This document shows positions 46,251 to 56,100 of a DNA stretch of 64,000 bases, in pieces. The notes beneath the pieces are model-generated. The model did no database searches and was not told the origin of the DNA. It saw only the letters and a list, made by a program, of their open reading frames with translations. How positions within the stretch are numbered: the first letter of the stretch is position 1; every line of letters begins with the position of its first letter. The DNA is from a virus (lineage: Duplodnaviria; Heunggongvirae; Uroviricota; Caudoviricetes): IMG/VR virus record IMGVR_UViG_3300034107_000364. One strand, given 5' to 3'. Made by a program: the position numbers and the translations under genes.

Positions 46251-48076
46251 TGAGTGATTACGTAGGCGATAATAAATGGATCCCCAAAGATGAGGGTGAT
46301 GTAATGTCAGATAAAATTGTTTGGTCTACTAAACAAGTAAATGATTTGATGATTGCAATGGACCAAGGTTTTAGACCTAAGGTCGCTATGCCATTCTATG
46401 AAGGTAAGAATTTCTTACGTAAAGGTAACATTGTATTCGAATACACTGACGAAGAGATTACAGAATTAGCACGATGTGCAACAGATATTGTTTATTTCGC
46501 AGAGAAATATGCAGTAGTAATGACAGATAATGGTATTCAGCAAGTAAAACTTAGAGAATATCAAAAAAGAATGTTAAGAAACTTTCAAAATGAAAGATTT
46601 AACATTGTATTAGCATCGAGACAGATGGGTAAAACCGTAACTGCCAGTATTTTCAATGCATGGTACTTAATCTTTAATACAGATAAAAACACACTACTTT
46701 TAGCCAATAAATCTGATTCTACAAAAGAGATCATTGATAAAGCAAAAGTTGTAGTTGAGAATGTCCCATTCTTTATGAAACCTGGTATTATCAAATATGA
46801 CGTTATGAACGTTCGTTGTGATAATGGTTGTAGATTAGTTGGACAAGCTACCACATCTAAAGCAGGTATTGGATTTACAATTCATAACTTATACTTAGAT
46901 GAGTTTGCGCATATTCACCCAACTATTGTGGATGCATTCTATGAAAACGTTTATCCTACATTATCAGCATCAAAGGTATCTCGTATCACAATTACATCAA
47001 CACCAAATGGATTTAACAAATTTTATGAAATCTATGCTGCTGCTGATAGAGGTGATAATGAATACAAAGCAATGCGTATTGACTGGTGGGAACATCCAGA
47101 CAGAGATGATGATTGGTACAAAAGAGAATTAGGTAACTTAGGAACTATTGAAGCCTTTAATAGACAGTATGGAAATGAATTCGTTTCATCTTCTAACTTA
47201 TTATTAGATCCTATAGATTTAAAGAAAATGCGTAAGCGTATGCAGAAATATGTTTATCATGATTTTGATGAATTTGATTATATTTCAATTGACGTTAAAG
47301 ATTTCTTAATGTGGGATCCTACATTTGATATAGAAACTACAAAAGATCCAGAAAATTTCTGGTTATTTTCAGTAGATATTGCAGAAGGAAATGGTGGTGA
47401 TTATTCAGTTATCAATATATTTCAAGTAGAACCTATGAATAAAGAAGAGATTAATAATGCTTCAAATCCTGGAGCGATGTATGATTTCTTTAAAATAAAT
47501 CAAGTTGGTATATTTAGATCAAACGAACACGTTATTGAAGATTTCGCAAAGGTCTTATATACACTATCATGTGAGATATTCTATAATGAGAACGTTAAGA
47601 TGATTGTGGAATACAATACATATGGTTCAGTTTTATTCCAATACTTAAGATCTGTGTTTCCACAGAAAAATGATTTTGATGATGAGATGGTTGTTAAGTT
47701 TAGACATCGTCACGATTCCAAGACATTAAAAGCAGGTATAAAAATAAAATCTGATAATAAAGCTATATTTTGTCAAAATTTTGCAAAGCTTTACAAAATA
47801 AATAGGATAAATATAACAGATGAAATGACTATAAATGAAGCGAGTCTTTTTGGAGGTTTACCAAGAGGTGGTTATGGAGCTCAAATGGGAAATGATGATA
47901 CCATTATGACTGTGATTAGTTCTACTGAATTTTTCAACACCACTGATTATGCCGATTATGTAGAAGAGCTTCTGGATTTTATAGATCCTGACTTACATGA
48001 AGAAATGGAAAAGATTTTATATAAAGATAGTTCATTTGACGGAGATTTACAGTACGACATATATGATTTGATATAA
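46250..48076 (+). CDS. gp17: Terminase large subunit (gp17-like)
   Basis: ASRQMGKT, LDEFAH, TSTPNG, VDIAEG.GGDYS and DDTIM; no intein seen. Confidence 0.95.
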   Translation: MSDYVGDNKWIPKDEGDVMSDKIVWSTKQVNDLMIAMDQGFRPKVAMPFYEGKNFLRKGNIVFEYTDEEITELARCATDIVYFAEKYAVVMTDNGIQQVKLREYQKRMLRNFQNERFNIVLASRQMGKTVTASIFNAWYLIFNTDKNTLLLANKSDSTKEIIDKAKVVVENVPFFMKPGIIKYDVMNVRCDNGCRLVGQATTSKAGIGFTIHNLYLDEFAHIHPTIVDAFYENVYPTLSASKVSRITITSTPNGFNKFYEIYAAADRGDNEYKAMRIDWWEHPDRDDDWYKRELGNLGTIEAFNRQYGNEFVSSSNLLLDPIDLKKMRKRMQKYVYHDFDEFDYISIDVKDFLMWDPTFDIETTKDPENFWLFSVDIAEGNGGDYSVINIFQVEPMNKEEINNASNPGAMYDFFKINQVGIFRSNEHVIEDFAKVLYTLSCEIFYNENVKMIVEYNTYGSVLFQYLRSVFPQKNDFDDEMVVKFRHRHDSKTLKAGIKIKSDNKAIFCQNFAKLYKINRINITDEMTINEASLFGGLPRGGYGAQMGNDDTIMTVISSTEFFNTTDYADYVEELLDFIDPDLHEEMEKILYKDSSFDGDLQYDIYDLI

Positions 48077-48132
48077 ATTTCGAAAAGAGAATAGATATAT
48101 AATAAAAGTAAAAAAAATAAATAATAACAACT

Positions 48133-50961
48133 ATGGCACTAAGTCCTCAATTATTACAGTTCAAAAGCTCAGGCGTATATCGTCTAGAATTTGACAAATC
48201 GCAAACAGTTAATATTCCAGCTGAGACTATTAGACTTGTTGTTGGTAGATCTAAAAAAGGTCCATACAACACTCCGGTATTTATTGAAAACACTGAGCAA
48301 TTCGTTCAAGTTTTTGGTGGTATTGATTCGTCTTTAGAAAAGAAAGGAATGTACTTTCACAGATCTTGTATCGAAACTCTTTCAAGAGGACCGATCTTGG
48401 CTTTGAACTTAACTGCAGCAGATGCAGCAGACAGAGTTGCATTAGTATCTCCAGCAACTAATTCTTCTATCGAAGGTTTAGCAGCAAGAGAAGCTTCTGT
48501 TCAATACAGTGACATTTTTGACACTGATAAATTCTGGGTTCCTTCAGACATTAAAACATTACAAGCTGCTGGAAATATTGCAGATGATTCTTCAAATGCA
48601 ATTACTTTCGCAAACATTAAACAAGAGCCTATTTCAGTTATCATTAGACAAGCTGCTAATACTGCAGGTTTTGAAATGACAGCTAGAGAATGGTATGGTG
48701 AAGGTAATGTACCAGAAGGTATCGAAGATTTAGATTACGTATCAGACTACATGGTAGATGTATTCGTATATAAAGGACTTTACGATGCTGCAATTTTAAA
48801 CAATGACCCAACTTACGGTGCTTACTTTAGCGAAAAAGGTTTATTTAGAGATCAATTAGCTAAATTCACTGCATTAAGAGAAGTTAGTTTAGTAGCACAA
48901 TATACTGGATCAGTTATTCCTGAATTCCAAGATCAAGAAGGTAATTTATTATACATTGAAACTTTGATCAACTTGGAAGCAAGAAGAACAGGTTTATTCT
49001 GTGCAATTAACGAAGAAGCATTAGCATCTATTGATTTCGTTGGTAATGGTTTTAACATCTATCAAGATTATAAAGTTCTTTCTCACAGAGTTGAGCAAGA
49101 TGCTTCAACTGAAAACATTGCAATTGAAAATACATTAATCGTTGATGGTAATGAATTAACAGTAGTTGGCGCTAGTGTTTTAGATTTAACTTCAGAAGGT
49201 ATTACAGAAGCAGGTTTCTTAAGAGCTGATATTGCTGGTGAATATACACCAATTGTATCAATTTCACAAGACGGTTTAGATGTTATCATCGAAACTGAAT
49301 CTGCTATTAGAAAATCAACTTACGAAAGTTTTAACGCTGGAACTCCAGCTACTTTTGGAGCTGGACCTATCACAGTTGTTAACGGTGAAATCTTAATTGC
49401 ATGTCCAACAGCTATATTAACTACTCCAGGAAGTCTTATCCCAGGTAACTTCTTATTAGGAGCTAACAATACAGATTACGTTGCAATTTCAACAGTAACT
49501 GAATTACACCCAGTAATTGGTGGTAATGTTGTAAAAATTACTGCAGCTGGTGGTGAATCATTTAGTTCAACATATGCTACAGCTTCAGCTACTTCACTTA
49601 CTGCAAGAATAAGAACAGAATCACACACATTCGAATACACTACAATTGATCCAAACTCAAGAGCGGTTATGTTACCTACATTAGTAGATGATTACAACTT
49701 CTCAGATTTACAAACCGGTAAATTCGTATTATCTGCTACTTTAGCAAATGATACATTTGATTGGACTGACGTTAAAGTTGGTATGTATGTACCTGCTGAT
49801 GGCGGAAAATTAGCGAGAATCAAAAGAATTATCAAAACTACTCAGTCTGGATCTAACTTCTATACATTTGAATGTCATAGACCAGTTTCTTCTAGACCAG
49901 CATATGCACTTAAGAGATACGAAGAAAGTACAACTACTTACACTATGTTCCCATTAGCTGCAGCAACACAAGCAGATAAATCAATCGCAACTTTATTAAC
50001 TCAAATGAAACCAGGTAATGGTTTATCAAACACATTGATTGACAAAGATGCTATCACATTCAGATATGTTGTAGATACTTTCGGTTCATTAGAAAACGGA
50101 GGAATTCTTAACAAAGAAGAAATTACAGCTCTTTGTAAAGAGAGACAAAATGCTTCTGCAATTCTTAACGCACCAATGGTGAAAGAATTTAAAGCAGCAA
50201 CTAATCCTTCTTTCTTAGATACAAACACTGGATCATTCGAAACAAGATTAGTAGCAACTGGAGGTAATTTAGAACTTAATCCTACTGCAATCTATACATT
50301 ACCAAGTCTTAATGAAGGTGCAAACTTTGGTTTTTACTACTCACCAGGACTTAACGTAATTGAAAACGGTAGAACTAAAGTTATTCCACCAGCAGCTTAC
50401 GTATCTAACAACTATGTTGATAAATATTTAAATGCATTGCCTTGGTCAATCATCGCAGGACCTAGAAGAGGTGTTGTAGGTGGTACAGGAGTACAAGGAT
50501 TAGAATTTGCATTTGATAAAACAGATAGAGATTTCTTAGAGCCATTCGGTATTAACCCAATCGTATTCGAAAGAGGTGTTGGTTTGACTATCAAAGGTAA
50601 CAAAACTGCACAACAATCAATTCAGTCAGCATTGTCTTCAGCTCACGTAAGAGAAGCAATGATCTACATTGAAGATGGTTTAGCAGAAATCTTGAAAAAC
50701 TACTTATTTGAATTCAACACGGCTCAAACAAGATTAGAGATTAAAACTTTAGCAGATTCATTTATGGAATCAGTTAAAAAAGATGGAGGTGTATACGACT
50801 ATAGAAACATCATGGACGGAACAAACAACACAAATGAAGTAATCGATAATAACATGGGTATTTTAGATACATTTGTTGAGCCAGTTAAAGGTCTTGAAAT
50901 CTTAGTATCGAGAGTAACTATCTTGAACACGGGAGAAATTGCAACCGGAAACTTTGCATAA
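48133..50961 (+). CDS. gp18: Contractile tail sheath protein (gp18-like)
   Basis: SSGVY, GPYN, PPAAY, WSIIAGP.RG, INPI and VRE..I.IE. Confidence 0.92.
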   Translation: MALSPQLLQFKSSGVYRLEFDKSQTVNIPAETIRLVVGRSKKGPYNTPVFIENTEQFVQVFGGIDSSLEKKGMYFHRSCIETLSRGPILALNLTAADAADRVALVSPATNSSIEGLAAREASVQYSDIFDTDKFWVPSDIKTLQAAGNIADDSSNAITFANIKQEPISVIIRQAANTAGFEMTAREWYGEGNVPEGIEDLDYVSDYMVDVFVYKGLYDAAILNNDPTYGAYFSEKGLFRDQLAKFTALREVSLVAQYTGSVIPEFQDQEGNLLYIETLINLEARRTGLFCAINEEALASIDFVGNGFNIYQDYKVLSHRVEQDASTENIAIENTLIVDGNELTVVGASVLDLTSEGITEAGFLRADIAGEYTPIVSISQDGLDVIIETESAIRKSTYESFNAGTPATFGAGPITVVNGEILIACPTAILTTPGSLIPGNFLLGANNTDYVAISTVTELHPVIGGNVVKITAAGGESFSSTYATASATSLTARIRTESHTFEYTTIDPNSRAVMLPTLVDDYNFSDLQTGKFVLSATLANDTFDWTDVKVGMYVPADGGKLARIKRIIKTTQSGSNFYTFECHRPVSSRPAYALKRYEESTTTYTMFPLAAATQADKSIATLLTQMKPGNGLSNTLIDKDAITFRYVVDTFGSLENGGILNKEEITALCKERQNASAILNAPMVKEFKAATNPSFLDTNTGSFETRLVATGGNLELNPTAIYTLPSLNEGANFGFYYSPGLNVIENGRTKVIPPAAYVSNNYVDKYLNALPWSIIAGPRRGVVGGTGVQGLEFAFDKTDRDFLEPFGINPIVFERGVGLTIKGNKTAQQSIQSALSSAHVREAMIYIEDGLAEILKNYLFEFNTAQTRLEIKTLADSFMESVKKDGGVYDYRNIMDGTNNTNEVIDNNMGILDTFVEPVKGLEILVSRVTILNTGEIATGNFA

Positions 50962-50996
50962 TAAAATAAGATATATAAAATAAACACATAAAAACT

Positions 50997-51554
50997 ATGG
51001 CTTTACCACATTATTCAGAAGATCAAACACAGAAGAAAGGAAAGAACTTCGAACCAGTACAGGCAAACCTGTTTGAGGTGACTATCTTACCTCCTGATGG
51101 AGTAACTGGACAAGAATTGTTATTACAACATGTAAACACAATCTCAGGTCTTGCAGCTTTACACAAAGAAGTTGCTGCAATCGAACAAAAGTATAAATTT
51201 GCTACTAGATCATTCGCTGGTATGGTAGACAATACTTCAATCGATGTTACTGTAAACTTTTCATTGAACTTAAATGACGCTAACCAAGCGTACTTATACA
51301 AAACATTAAGACAATGGTACAGAGCACAATATAATCCAGAAACTGGTGAAATGGGCTTGAAAAAGAATTACGTAGGAACAATTGTAATTGTACAATTCAA
51401 CAGAGAAGGTGATATTTGGAGAAAAATCACATTAGATGATTGCTTCATCACTTCAGGACTTGGATTTACAGATGCATTAGACTATTCAGCAGCTGACGTT
51501 CAAACATTAGAAATCACTTGGAGATCTGATGTATACGCAGAAGAAGTAAACTAA
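50997..51554 (+). CDS. gp19: Tail tube protein (gp19-like)
   Basis: Follows the sheath gene; N.FEV, WY...YN..TG and LDDCF.T pattern. Confidence 0.85.
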   Translation: MALPHYSEDQTQKKGKNFEPVQANLFEVTILPPDGVTGQELLLQHVNTISGLAALHKEVAAIEQKYKFATRSFAGMVDNTSIDVTVNFSLNLNDANQAYLYKTLRQWYRAQYNPETGEMGLKKNYVGTIVIVQFNREGDIWRKITLDDCFITSGLGFTDALDYSAADVQTLEITWRSDVYAEEVN

Positions 51555-51566
51555 TAAACACTTAAT

Positions 51567-51601
51567 ATAAGAAGGTGATGAAAATTACCTTCTTATTTTT
51601 T
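51567..51601 (+). terminator. Rho-independent terminator
   Basis: ATAAGAAGGTGAT-GAAA-ATTACCTTCTTAT followed by Ts. Confidence 0.85.
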
Positions 51602-51641
51602 GCAAGATAAATATAATATATTATTAACATATCAAAATATT

Positions 51642-51863
51642 ATGAATAACCACAAACTAATTAAAAAACTTCAAGTTCTTCTTACAGAAGATGAAGTGGC
51701 TGCGGTTAATCGATGCATCTTAAATGATGCTATAGATACCGAAACAAGGCCAATATCTGTTAGTGCATGGATTAGAGACTTAATAAAAAAAGAATTAAGT
51801 ATTAAATCAGTTGAACAACAGTCGTACATAAAAAATAAAATTAAAAACCTAAACAACAAATAA
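51642..51863 (+). CDS. Small hypothetical protein, ribbon-helix-helix-like
   Basis: KLQVLLT...SVSAWIRDLI; start moved to ATG 51642; GATAAATA at 51606. Confidence 0.5.
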   Translation: MNNHKLIKKLQVLLTEDEVAAVNRCILNDAIDTETRPISVSAWIRDLIKKELSIKSVEQQSYIKNKIKNLNNK

Positions 51864-51864
51864 A

Positions 51865-52866
51865 ATGAGCGAAGAATTAAACAAAGAAGAAATAGCAGCA
51901 GCAATGTTAGAAGCTAGAGATCAAATCAATAATCCTACAGCTAATCAACATGACAACGAAGAAGTTGTAGTTGACATGTTAAGTGCTGTAGAATCAAAAG
52001 GATTGGGTAAAGTTAACATGGATAATTTTGGTCAAGCAAGACCTGAAAAATCTGCAGACCAATTTTTAGGATGGATGATACTTGATCAAGAAGAATTACC
52101 ATCAAAAGGTAAATTCTACCCACATGACACTATTATTAAAATCAGATCGGCGAGAGCTGCTGAGATCAGACATTTTTCAACAATGGATGAAAATAATTAT
52201 ATTGACATGGAAGAGAAATTGAATCACATTGTAGAAATGTGTACTCAAATTACTGCAGGTGAAAAAAGATTATCTTACAAAGATATTTTAGAAGAGGACA
52301 GAATTGTACTTTTATTAAGTATTAGAGATCTTACTTTCCCTGAACCAGAAAACAAACTGATCCTCAAAGGTAAAACTGAACACAGTAAAGTTGCTGTAGA
52401 CATTGAATTAGCTTCAAGATATTTAGTTGCTACATTAGTACCTACTGAAATCGAGGCTTATTACAGTTCTAAAGAAAGAACTTATGTTATCAAGACTAGA
52501 TCTGCTGGTGAAGTTAGAATGCGTCCACCTTCAATTGGTGTAATGCAAGAGATCACTAAGTATCTTAAAGATCGTCAAGAAAAAGAAGTTGAGTTCGATA
52601 AAGCATTTATTCAAGTATTGCCTTATATCACACCTGATTGGAGACAATTGAATTTACCTAGAATTTTTAGCTTAGAAGTTGATTATAAATCATGGGATCA
52701 AAATAAGTTTATGGTAATCTATAGACTTGCAGAAAAAATGAAAATTGGAGTTGAAACTACATTAGAAATGGAATACGACGGGGAGATCGCAAAAGCCCCT
52801 CTTGACTTCCCAGGTGGCATCAAAAGTCTTTTCATTATTTCAGATCTCGCTGGAGAATTACTTTAA
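51865..52866 (+). CDS. Baseplate hub / tail assembly chaperone (T4 gp26-like)
   Basis: LPSKGKFYP, EDR..LLL.IR and RPP motifs; lies upstream of the tape measure. Confidence 0.75.
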   Translation: MSEELNKEEIAAAMLEARDQINNPTANQHDNEEVVVDMLSAVESKGLGKVNMDNFGQARPEKSADQFLGWMILDQEELPSKGKFYPHDTIIKIRSARAAEIRHFSTMDENNYIDMEEKLNHIVEMCTQITAGEKRLSYKDILEEDRIVLLLSIRDLTFPEPENKLILKGKTEHSKVAVDIELASRYLVATLVPTEIEAYYSSKERTYVIKTRSAGEVRMRPPSIGVMQEITKYLKDRQEKEVEFDKAFIQVLPYITPDWRQLNLPRIFSLEVDYKSWDQNKFMVIYRLAEKMKIGVETTLEMEYDGEIAKAPLDFPGGIKSLFIISDLAGELL

Positions 52867-53113
52867 GACTAAGTTCTATCTGGGCATACATCTCAGGATG
52901 CAACCGTCAGAGATCGAGAACATGTACTACTATGAATTTTGGTACTACTTGAAAAATCTCTCGGAATACATTAAAGAGAAAAATAATCAGAATAAGGATC
53001 AGGAAGAACAGACGGCGAAACAACAGAGCGATATGAGTTCTAAATATAAAGCGCCATCGATGCCTAAGATCCAGGGAATGAAAGCACCTTCTATGAAGAT
53101 GCCTAAATTCTAA
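52802..53113 (+). CDS. gp51-like chaperone tail segment, probably reached by a frameshift from the upstream gene
   Basis: SLENYFK..F.L..H....SEIENM...E pattern; no ATG before the conserved block; overlaps the upstream ORF in the +1 frame. Confidence 0.6.
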   Translation: MTSQVASKVFSLFQISLENYFKTKFYLGIHLRMQPSEIENMYYYEFWYYLKNLSEYIKEKNNQNKDQEEQTAKQQSDMSSKYKAPSMPKIQGMKAPSMKMPKF

Positions 53114-53187
53114 AGATATATAAAGAGTATGGACAAACGCTACAATACAGTAGCGTTTGTCTTATACCTAAAAAAGACTAATACACA

Positions 53188-56100
53188 TTGGCTCAATTAA
53201 TACCCCCATTTTTAGCAACGGCATTTGAAAGATTAGGTTCACAATCTAAGGCACTTGATCAAGTAGCGGTCAATACTAAAGAAACAGCAGCGTCTGTTTC
53301 TGTTGGTGGTGATTTATATAAAAAAATGGACGAACTTGTCAACGCCCTTAAAACTGGCGGCAATGCAGGTGGTAAAGTATCCATTAAAGAAGCATTAGTA
53401 CTTAGAATTACAGCAGGTGCATTAGAACCAATTGGACTTGGTTTAGGTGTAATTATTGATGCATTAGAAAGAGCACCAGAAGGTAAAGAGCTTAAATTAA
53501 AAATGGAAGCTTTAACCAATGGTTTATTAGCACTTGGAGATATAGGATGGTCAATACTTAAATTTGCAGCCTTAATGATCTTAGCGTTACCATTATTAAT
53601 CATTGCTGGAGTGGCGATGTTATTAATAGTACCTCTATTAAAATTGATGGTGGATGGTCTAATGTGGGCTACCTCGAAATTAGATGAAAAGGGATTAGAG
53701 CGCATTACAGCATTGGGAGATGTTGGTAAAGCATTATTATGGTTATCTGTAAGTTTAGTGTTAATGGCATTATTAGCTCCTCAGATATTACAAGGATTAT
53801 TAGTAGCAGGCGTAGTTTTATTAGGTTTTGGATTAATTATGATGCTATTAGACAAAATGAAATTAGATTCAAAAAGAATCGTTTTATTTGGTAAAGCTAT
53901 ACAAAGTTTAGCGCTAGGTGTTTTATTTTTAAGTGTATCACTTGTATTAATAGGACTTTTAGCAGAATATGTTCTGAAAGGTTTAGGAGTTGCAGCTTTG
54001 GTTATTTTAACCATTGGTGGAGTATTCTGGCTTATGGATAAAATGCAAGTTGATAAGGCTATGAGAAAAACCGGTATGGCATTAATGTTTGCCGCTGGAG
54101 CTATTTTATCAATTGCTATTGCATTAGTATTATCTCACCTTATATTAAATTCTATAGGTTTTGAAGAAGTAGCTAAAGTAATGTTAATTGTCGGAGGCGT
54201 TGCACTAGTATTTGGCTTAATTGCCAAAAAAGTAGGAGATGTTAGTAAGGGTGCTATGGCATTAATGTTATGTGCAGTGGCTATAGTTGCATTATCACTT
54301 GCAATATGGATCATGAATATGATTCTTGGCGACATGAAAACCGAAGATGTTATCAAGACCGTTAAATCACTTGCTATAGTAGCTGGAGTTGCTCTAGTAT
54401 TTGCACTTGCAGGTGAAGCTGATAAACAAATTAAAAACGGAGCACAGGCCATGATGTGGGCTGCGGGTTCATTAATAGTTTTGGCTATTGGTATATGGGC
54501 AATGAAAAAAGCACTAGATGGCGTTTCATGGGAAACTATTGCCATGATGGGTGCAATTATTGTTGGACTTGGAGTTGCAATGGGAGTTGCAGGTTTAGCA
54601 GACAAAGAAATTGAAAAGGGTTCAGCAGCAATGATTGTTGCAGCTATTGCAATGGTTACAATAGCTATTGGTGTTTTTGCAATGAAAAAAGCACTTGAAG
54701 GTGTTACTTGGGGAAATCTAGGTATGATGGGTGCAGTTATCGTTGGACTCGCTGTTGCTATGGGAGTTGCAGGAATTGGACCAATTCCAGTTGCTATAGC
54801 ATTAGGTTCAGCTGCAATGATAGTAGCAGGTGTTGCATTAATAACTTTAGGACTTGGTACAAAAATGTTCATGGTAGCTTTAAAAGACGCTACTTGGGAA
54901 AAGGTAGGTATGATGGGTGCTGTAATTGTTGGCGTAGGTTTAGCATTTGCAGGCGCAGGTTTTGCCGCACCATTTATAGTTATAGGTGCAGCAGCAATGG
55001 GAATTGCTGGTCTTGCATTATTACCAATCGCGTTAGGTGTACTTGCATTAAGTAAACTACCAATAGCAGAAATGTTCGCATCAAAAGGATTATTTGGAGA
55101 TAGCGGTAATGTAACTAAAGGTTTCTTAGGAATCGGTGGTGGTAGAGCAATGACCAATATGGAAGTTATGTTTGAAGCTATTGCAAATTCATTCTCACTT
55201 GGTCCATTACAAATTGCTGCATTATATGTTACTTCACCTGCATTAATTATGGCTGGAATTGCATTAATTACGATTGCTAAAGGTTTACAAGAATTCCAAA
55301 AAATAGCTGCAGAAACAGACTTACTTTTATTAGGTGTTAATGTAACCCTAATAACAACTATATTAGCAAATGCTTTCGGAGAAATCGGTAAGAAATTTCC
55401 AGGAGGTGCTGCAGGATTATTTACCAGTGGATCATTTGTTTCACAGGGTATTACATCAGTAATGGGAATGGGTGAAGCTTTAACCAACATAGCGATGGGT
55501 ATGCAAAATATGGCAAACCTTAAGTTCCCTGTAAAATACGATAAAAACGGTAAACCTATTGCGTATGAATCAATGGATTCTGATGCACCTGCAAGAGTAG
55601 CTGCAAATACAATGGCTATCGTATATGGTTTAAGTATGGTTTTCGGAGAAGTCGGTAAAGAATATGGAGTTAAGAAAAGTGTAGCAGATTGGTTATTTGG
55701 AACTAGTCCAAAGAATCCTGTTGAAATAGGTATTCAATCCGTAATGGGAATGGGAGGTGCTTTAACAGGTATTGCTATGGGATTCCAAGCAATGGCTGAT
55801 CTTAGATTCCCAATAGCATGGGACAAAGATGGTAAACCAACAGCTTATGCTGAAGGTATTGATTTAGAGGCTGCAGCAATACGTGTTGCAAATAACACAA
55901 GAACAATTGTAACTTCATTAAGCGGTACATTTGCAGATATTGGTGCAGGACAAAAATCATCATGGTGGGGCGGAGATACTGATTTCCAAAAAGGTGTTGA
56001 CGTAGTAGCAGGTTTAGGTACTCCTTTGAAAAACTTAGCCGAAAGTGTTATCATGATGGCTGATATGAAATTTCCAACAACTTATGATAAAGATGGTAAA

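Noticed and set aside
54135-55490. 451-aa minus-strand ORF (and 53259-53705, 53781-54014) opposite the tape measure gene
   Set aside because: Shadow ORF. In this register a stop needs a sense codon starting TA or CA (Tyr/His/Gln), which are rare in the hydrophobic TMP. No promoter, and the composition mirrors the sense strand.
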